Below, piece after piece: positions 57,799 through 64,000 of a DNA stretch of 64,000 nucleotides. This DNA comes from Candidatus Nanoarchaeia archaeon. GTDB taxonomy: Archaea > Nanobdellota > Nanobdellia > Woesearchaeales > SKIA01. The notes under the pieces were generated by a model, which was given only the letters and a program-made list of their open reading frames with translations, did not search any database and was not told where the DNA came from. The translations under genes were made by a program, and so were the position numbers. Where the stretch lies: the NCBI GenBank assembly GCA_028279685.1, contig JANQNG010000059.1:26945-90944 (forward strand). The letters are read 5' to 3'. The first letter of the stretch is position 1, and each line of letters starts with the position of its first letter.

Positions 57799-58947
57799 TT
57801 ATTTAACAGCTTCCTTATAAATTTTTTTCAAATCTGCTTTTCGTTTTTTCTCAGAGAACTTTGTTTCAATCAATTTCTTAGAAGCAGCCTGCATCTTCTT
57901 CAGTAACTTCTTATCTTTGATCAATTTTTCCATAGGTTTCTTTAGTCTTTTAATCATAGAAGGATCTTCGACAGAAGAGTAGAATGATTCCTTATTCTGC
58001 TTTGGATCAACGGTGAAATATTCATCTTTCAGACTATAATCCTTATTGTACATATACAAAGGAGCTTTCACTAAATAGCCATTATCATTAATAAATTCAG
58101 GGATGGCATAAACATCAGTGGAAATGATGGCCATATTATTTGCCAGGGCTTCAAGATAGACTAATCCGAAGCTATCTTGTAATGTTGGCTGGACAAAAAC
58201 ATCCACCTTTGAGAAAAACTTTCTATATAATTCTTCTTTCGAAAATTTTGCTGGAAAGAATTTAATTCTTTTATTATTTTTATAAGTTGCAAGATACAGG
58301 GAAGGAGTATTCGATACTATCCAAAGTTCTATGTTCTTGTATCTCTTAGATAATTGATCGAACGCTTCAATAACCCATTTTGTACCTTTCATATAGAATT
58401 TTGTGTTACAGCAGAGAAAGATGGTTTTCTTAGGATCTTTCTTCATTTTTTTGTTCGGTTTTACATAAGGATAAATAACTGCAAGCTTCTTTTTAATAAC
58501 AGCATCTTTGAATGTGCTGATCATCGATTTTTTCGCAGCTTCTGAAATGCAGATAATCTTCTTACAGTATTTTGATTTCAATAATGATTTTATCAATGTT
58601 CCTCCAATTGCACTTTTTAATATTTTAAGGCTATAGAATGATAGGCAAGCAGGATTATCAATTTCAACTACATAAGGAATTTTATTGAGCAGTAATTGAC
58701 CAGGAGTATGGACAAGATCAATGTTTTTCACATCTTTCAGAAAGCGAATATTTGGAATACGAAGAAAATCTATCATCTTAAGCAAAGGGAGAGTGGAGTC
58801 TTTTTTCTTTCGTATGGATATCTTATGGTCTGGCTTCATGGCATTAACAGGAACAAGGGTTTCATATTTGATTCCCTTAGGAGGATGCAGAATGGTTTCT
58901 CTTCTTCTTTGCCTCAGACTTTTTCCAGCATAGAGTACTTTGATCAT
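57799..58947 (-). CDS. GT4 family glycosyltransferase
   Basis: KG, DVFVQPT..DSFGLVYLEAL, IPEFI..NGYL. Confidence 0.9.
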   Translation of the reverse strand: MIKVLYAGKSLRQRRRETILHPPKGIKYETLVPVNAMKPDHKISIRKKKDSTLPLLKMIDFLRIPNIRFLKDVKNIDLVHTPGQLLLNKIPYVVEIDNPACLSFYSLKILKSAIGGTLIKSLLKSKYCKKIICISEAAKKSMISTFKDAVIKKKLAVIYPYVKPNKKMKKDPKKTIFLCCNTKFYMKGTKWVIEAFDQLSKRYKNIELWIVSNTPSLYLATYKNNKRIKFFPAKFSKEELYRKFFSKVDVFVQPTLQDSFGLVYLEALANNMAIISTDVYAIPEFINDNGYLVKAPLYMYNKDYSLKDEYFTVDPKQNKESFYSSVEDPSMIKRLKKPMEKLIKDKKLLKKMQAASKKLIETKFSEKKRKADLKKIYKEAVK

Positions 58948-59024
58948 GGGGATGTGAAGAGATGAGATTATTTAAATGTGATGGGCGGTTAAGATATTCA
59001 GATATGCTATATTATTCATGATAC

Positions 59025-59121
59025 GCACCACTGCGCTTCGTGTTATATGCGCAATTTAATAGATCCTTCGCGGTTATAACAATTCTATATATGTTTAGAG
59101 TACTTCTCTAGGTAGTAGTGC
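59025..59121. repeat. Palindromic cGNAg element B (degenerate)
   Basis: GCACCACTGC-GCTTCG-N61-ACTTCTC-TAG-GTAGTAGTGC. Confidence 0.7.
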
Positions 59122-59171
59122 TCTGAGTTGAAAATAATAATCCTTATTAAGGGAAGTTTCTTAAGAATACT

Positions 59172-59699
59172 ATGAACAAAAGAGGATATTTCTTTGTGAT
59201 TGACGCACTCTTAGCTTCAGTCATTATTATTTCCTCTATTCTACTCATGACTAGTTTTCGTACTACACAGCATAATACGATGCAGGTAGATGCTATTGTC
59301 AATGATTATCTCCAGCTTCTTTTCACAATGGAGTGCAAAGATCTTGATAACACATTTTATGATCAAATGGTCTATGAAGGGCTTATTACCTATGAAAACA
59401 ATACGATTATTGAGCAGGTAGGAGAACTTGTTTACTATTATCACAAAGAAGGAGATAAATTGTACTTAGATAATGCATCAGGGTTCATTGCAAATATTAC
59501 AGGGCCTTTACTTCTTGATACCTACAATATCAATGTTACCATAGATGATGGTACAAATCTCGAATTACTCTACAATTTGACTTCGATTCCTATCGAGGAT
59601 GCACGCTTGGTCTACGGTCAGAAAAAGGTTGCAATCTCAAGAATTCCTGAAGGAGGGATGTATGGTCCATTCACAGTAGAGGTGAAACTATGGTCTTGA
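59172..59699 (+). CDS. Class III signal peptide (minor pilin-like) protein
   Basis: MNKRG/YFFVIDALLA. Confidence 0.75.
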   Translation: MNKRGYFFVIDALLASVIIISSILLMTSFRTTQHNTMQVDAIVNDYLQLLFTMECKDLDNTFYDQMVYEGLITYENNTIIEQVGELVYYYHKEGDKLYLDNASGFIANITGPLLLDTYNINVTIDDGTNLELLYNLTSIPIEDARLVYGQKKVAISRIPEGGMYGPFTVEVKLWS

Positions 59700-61195
59700 A
59701 TAAGAATGCTATGTTTTTTTCAGTTCTGAGTATTCTTATTGTTGTGGGTTTTTCATTCTTTTATTTTCAACACATTCCTGCTACATCAACCTATGATGCT
59801 GAAGAGATGGTTCAAAAGGCCCAATTTCTTAATAATCAAGTCAGCGACCTTAATGAATTGTACATTCCGAGATTACTTGAAGCAAGCGCGCAATCAGGAC
59901 TTGATACAGCGGCGTATTGGATCAAGAATAATGCTGACAATCTCTTTCTGGAAGATCAGTGTGACCTCGAAGCAGCTGTTATTCAAGGAGGTTTTGATGT
60001 CAGTACTATTGGGGCACCTAGTAGCTTTGTCATTTGTGATTATGGAAGTCCTTTTGTGGCTTGCAATGATAACACAGACATATCCATAGAAGGCAATAAC
60101 AGATTTTTTTTCAAACCTGATATTTCATCAGCATTAAGATTAGATCCTGGACTGGTTCTGATTCAACAGTTCACGCCCGCTGCGGATGATGAATATCGTA
60201 ACTTTACTTTTCTTACAAATGATGGAGATGGCACGAGAAATTTTAACGTAGGATTACGTACGTATCACTGCAATGATGCAGGATCGTACAGCATTCTTTC
60301 CCATGTTGATACAGCAAAAATTAAAGCAGGTACATTAACTATCGATTTCGGAGAAAATATTTCGCTCAAGGAAGGAAGATCTTATCTCTTGATTCTTCAA
60401 GTAATAGATGCTCCTATCTCTCTTATTCTTGCGGATAGCTCTGAGCAGGGGGCTGCTTTCTATAACATGAATTTTACTTCCATGCTAGAACCTCTTGCAG
60501 GTAATTCCTCAAGCCACAATGCTTCTGTTTACGGCCTTCTTGATAAGGTTTTTGCGATGATGGAAGAAGAAATGAACTTTAATGTAGACTTCAATATTTC
60601 TGAAATAAATATTTTTCATATTTCTCCTTACGATATTAATATCTCACTTAATTTTTCGTACAGTATAGAGCATGTTTTTTCTGATTGGCATGTCGATGAA
60701 ACAATTCTGGAAGAAACGGTTAGCATTATTGGATTGAGTGATCCTTTTTATGAAAGAAATATAACCCAACCAACATTAAGATGGTGTGATCCATTCATCT
60801 CTGGTGTAAATGTCAGAAGAATTCAACAGTTTTCTGATGTTCAATTTGATATTGACAATTTCACTGCACTAGTCCAATCAGGAAATTATACACATTCTAC
60901 AAATGCCCCAAGTTTTCTTCAACGTTTTTTTGCAAATGTAACTCCAAGCGCATATGGTATTTATTCTATAATCAATGATAGCTGCAAGATCCCTGGAAAT
61001 GATAACATGTCTTTTGTGGATTATAAGTTCCTTGCGAAAGAAGATGCTTCAGGACTCTGCCTGTATGATGCTTCTACATTAGATAATATTGATAATGTGA
61101 TCTTAACAGGAGCAGAAGTAACACACTATGGTATTGGTCCTCTGGACCTCTATGCGGATCATACAGGAGGAACCTGTGCAGATCCGGGGCCATAG
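59690..61195 (+). CDS. Class III signal peptide-like surface protein
   Basis: NKNA/MFFSVLSIL; GLSDP, APSFLQR, GIYSII. Confidence 0.7.
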   Translation: MVLNKNAMFFSVLSILIVVGFSFFYFQHIPATSTYDAEEMVQKAQFLNNQVSDLNELYIPRLLEASAQSGLDTAAYWIKNNADNLFLEDQCDLEAAVIQGGFDVSTIGAPSSFVICDYGSPFVACNDNTDISIEGNNRFFFKPDISSALRLDPGLVLIQQFTPAADDEYRNFTFLTNDGDGTRNFNVGLRTYHCNDAGSYSILSHVDTAKIKAGTLTIDFGENISLKEGRSYLLILQVIDAPISLILADSSEQGAAFYNMNFTSMLEPLAGNSSSHNASVYGLLDKVFAMMEEEMNFNVDFNISEINIFHISPYDINISLNFSYSIEHVFSDWHVDETILEETVSIIGLSDPFYERNITQPTLRWCDPFISGVNVRRIQQFSDVQFDIDNFTALVQSGNYTHSTNAPSFLQRFFANVTPSAYGIYSIINDSCKIPGNDNMSFVDYKFLAKEDASGLCLYDASTLDNIDNVILTGAEVTHYGIGPLDLYADHTGGTCADPGP

Positions 61196-61292
61196 AACCA
61201 CTTATTAATTATGATAAAGATTTATAAACATTCTTTGGTATTTTTTACTCGTTAATAGCTATTGCTCTCTTAATGGAGAGAAGGGGTGAACG

Positions 61293-61739
61293 ATGACTGA
61301 CGATGATTTGATCAAAACAGGAGTTGATGGGCTGCTCGAACTGGTAAAGAGTGTCGAAAAGATATCCATTCCTGATGCGGCGAAACAACTCAATATTCCC
61401 CAGGATACGGTACAAGCATGGGTAGATTTCCTTGTTGAAGAGAAAATTCTTGGCATAGAATACAAGTTCACTGTTCCTTTTATCTTCTTCAATGAAGAGG
61501 TTGACATTGAGAAATCAGAAGAAGAAAGTATTGATATAGGGTTTTTCAAGAGAGCATTTTTTGAAAGAGCCAAACTTAAGAAAATCCCTGATGAGAAAGT
61601 TGAATTCCTTTGGAAAAAACATCTTCTCGGGATACTGAATAGAAAGCGCATGTTTTTTCTTAATGAATGCAGAAAGAAAAATATCAAAGATGCAGCAAAA
61701 CTCTTCAATGAATTCAAAACGAGTGTGATGATAGAGTGA
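61293..61739 (+). CDS. Hypothetical wHTH-like protein
   Basis: IKTGVD.LLELV...DAAKQL...WVDFLVEE. Confidence 0.7.
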   Translation: MTDDDLIKTGVDGLLELVKSVEKISIPDAAKQLNIPQDTVQAWVDFLVEEKILGIEYKFTVPFIFFNEEVDIEKSEEESIDIGFFKRAFFERAKLKKIPDEKVEFLWKKHLLGILNRKRMFFLNECRKKNIKDAAKLFNEFKTSVMIE

Positions 61740-63307
61740 ATGTCGAACAATTCATAGAGAAACGAATGATGAAGTATATTGATGAGTATCTGGCAGGGAC
61801 GTTCGTGACAAAAGATGAGATACCGAGAGAGGAGGAGTATGCAATCTTTACCTCTAGAGAAAATTTCAGCAAAGACGTCAAGATGTTTCTGGAAAATAAT
61901 AATCTTGAAGAGGCTAAACGAACATTTGAAGAAATGAAGGAGAATTACAAAAATACAGAATTCAAAGATGAGAAGCAGCGCCGCCAATATCTTAAAGCAA
62001 TCAATGATTCACTTAAAAAAATAAAGACTTATATCAAAGAACAAAAAGACATTGAGACGCTGCTTGAAGATGAATCACATTTTACAAACAATGTCTTTAA
62101 TCTGAAAGGGAATTCGGAAACGGATATTGAAACGGAGGAAGTCAATATCAATGCGAAATCAGTCAACATGCCAAGGGAACAAGGTCCTCAATCAGGCTAT
62201 ATGCCTGAGAGCGATATTAGCTCGAGGAATATGATGATGCCTGCTGCACAGGTTGTTGTTGTACAACAAAGAGCTCCAGGAGTGCAGCCGCCTGCTGATG
62301 AAGGAGAAGAATATTCTCAAGAATATTCTCAAGAACAATCTCAAAAGGCATCTCAGAAAGAATCACCCATAACAACTCCTTTAGCAACATCTCTTCCTCA
62401 GCAACCAATATCTACAGGATCACCTACATTCATACTTCAAGATTCAGATATTGCTCCTCAAGATCAGAAAGCATTTTCAACATTTTTGCGAAAACTTTCA
62501 ACAGAAGTTCTTCATCATAGAGGGGGAAATGTGAGATATCGTGAAACAATGAGAAAATTGAAAAAGAAACAGGATGAGATTGATAAAAAACTTGAAAAGC
62601 TATTGAAAAAAGAACCTCGCGCTAAATATCTTGAACTTGCAAAGAAAATAGAAAGTCGCCAAGAAGAACAAGATAACAAGATTCGGAAACTTACTGATAA
62701 ATTAGCAACTATTACTGAATTACTTGATTCCCTTCAGAAGAACACAAGCGAAAATACGAGAGTGTCGAAACTTCTTATCGAGATGAATGAAAGTACAAAT
62801 AAAGTATTTCAACAAATCGATAGAAAGATTGATTCATTCAGTACTCGAGAAAAATCAAACACTCAAGAAAAACGAACAGAAAATAGTGCTGTTGAATATC
62901 AGATTTATCAGAAAAAGATAAATGAATTGATTGATCGTTGCAGAAAGAGTGTTCAACACAATAGAATTGTTGAGGCGAGATTCAGTTTCATGAAGGCATC
63001 TAATCTTATTTATGTTCTCCCTGATGATTCTGCAATGAAACGAGAGGCGCTTGCAGAACTTGCTGAGTTGAAAAAGAAGCTCGTTCAACTAGACAATATA
63101 GGATCGACGACGAAGCTCTACAAAAGAGGACTATATCATCTGACAAGAGGAAATCTCAATAAAGCTGTGGAGTACTTTCAAAGGGTCCTTGCTCTACAAC
63201 CAAGCAATGTTGCAGCAAAGATCAGACTCTCAGAAGCTATGCAAGGACTCTATCCTGGAGAGAAAACAGATATGTTACCTGAACAAGCGGAGGTAGACCA
63301 TGGCTGA
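61736..63307 (+). CDS. Coiled-coil protein with C-terminal TPR
   Basis: LYKRGLYHL..GNLNKAVEYFQRVLALQPSN. Confidence 0.7.
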   Translation: MNVEQFIEKRMMKYIDEYLAGTFVTKDEIPREEEYAIFTSRENFSKDVKMFLENNNLEEAKRTFEEMKENYKNTEFKDEKQRRQYLKAINDSLKKIKTYIKEQKDIETLLEDESHFTNNVFNLKGNSETDIETEEVNINAKSVNMPREQGPQSGYMPESDISSRNMMMPAAQVVVVQQRAPGVQPPADEGEEYSQEYSQEQSQKASQKESPITTPLATSLPQQPISTGSPTFILQDSDIAPQDQKAFSTFLRKLSTEVLHHRGGNVRYRETMRKLKKKQDEIDKKLEKLLKKEPRAKYLELAKKIESRQEEQDNKIRKLTDKLATITELLDSLQKNTSENTRVSKLLIEMNESTNKVFQQIDRKIDSFSTREKSNTQEKRTENSAVEYQIYQKKINELIDRCRKSVQHNRIVEARFSFMKASNLIYVLPDDSAMKREALAELAELKKKLVQLDNIGSTTKLYKRGLYHLTRGNLNKAVEYFQRVLALQPSNVAAKIRLSEAMQGLYPGEKTDMLPEQAEVDHG

Positions 63308-64000
63308 TGTTATTGATGAATATCAAATTAATGTGAATGATATTCTTGTTGATGTTGTCATTGAAATAGATGCTGAAGAACCAGTTCCTAAGTATATGCT
63401 TTCTATTATTAACATCAGCGATACAACAAAAGTTATTCTCGAGAAAATCAGAGAAGAATTTATCTCAAAAGCAGCATTTAAAGATATCGAACGAGAGGAT
63501 GAAGAAACTATTCATGATATCAAGAAGAACTTTGAAATAGAAATCACTAAACTTCTCAGGAAGTATTTTCCGCAGATCGATAGGAAAACGCAATCGATGT
63601 TGATCAACTACATTCTCGAAGAGAATATAGGATTAGGCAAGATTGAGATTATGTTGAAAGATCCTTCTCTTGAAGAGATTGTTGTGAACAATCATCAAGA
63701 GCCCGTATGGGTTTATCACAAAAGACATGGATGGCTCAAAACCAATGTCATCATGGTTTCAGAGAACAGAATAAGACATCTTGCTACAATTATAGGAAGA
63801 GAGAAAGGCAAAGAAATCACTTTGCTTAATCCTTTAATGGATGCTAGTCTCATAACAGGAGATCGTGTCAATGCAACATTGATGCCAATTTCAACAGCAG
63901 GTAATACGATCACCATAAGGAAGTTCGCTTCAGATCCTTGGACTATTACGAAATTCATCAAAACAGGCACCATCTCTTTTGCTGCTGCCGCACTTCTCTG
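63300..64000 (+). CDS. Second type II/IV secretion ATPase (partial, runs off window end)
   Basis: GLGKIEIMLKDPSLEEIVVN, PLMDASL..GDRVNA, ITIRKF; GGAGGT RBS. Confidence 0.88.
   Translation, partial: MADVIDEYQINVNDILVDVVIEIDAEEPVPKYMLSIINISDTTKVILEKIREEFISKAAFKDIEREDEETIHDIKKNFEIEITKLLRKYFPQIDRKTQSMLINYILEENIGLGKIEIMLKDPSLEEIVVNNHQEPVWVYHKRHGWLKTNVIMVSENRIRHLATIIGREKGKEITLLNPLMDASLITGDRVNATLMPISTAGNTITIRKFASDPWTITKFIKTGTISFAAAALL

Overview
AT-rich archaeal chromosome segment, most consistent with a DPANN (Woesearchaeota/Pacearchaeota-like) organism. The assignment is inferred from PCNA, TFS, archaellin, class III signal-peptide proteins, BHB-intron tRNAs and TATA promoters. Core genes (glyS end, pyrD, alaX, pcn, rnj, tfs, truD, flaB, adk, trm5, two type IV pilus ATPases and a TadC-like platform) are interleaved with accessory genes: toxin-antitoxin pairs, repeated TrmB/Lrp regulator plus divergent orphan modules, a four-gene cluster resembling DGR target proteins, a 1805-aa surface enzyme and a PRTase island flanked by 83-bp direct repeats. 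Four tRNA genes carry seven BHB introns, six at non-canonical positions. The most unusual signals are non-coding: (i) tandem 47-49 nt acceptor-stem minihelix units between the promoter and both tRNA-Thr genes, (ii) four palindromic elements with cGNAg mini-hairpin motifs around a 58-61 nt unrelated core, (iii) tRNA 3'-end duplications enclosing hairpin cassettes, and (iv) a C/D-box-like RNA nested inside a copy of itself. All calls come from reading the sequence by eye; no searches were run.
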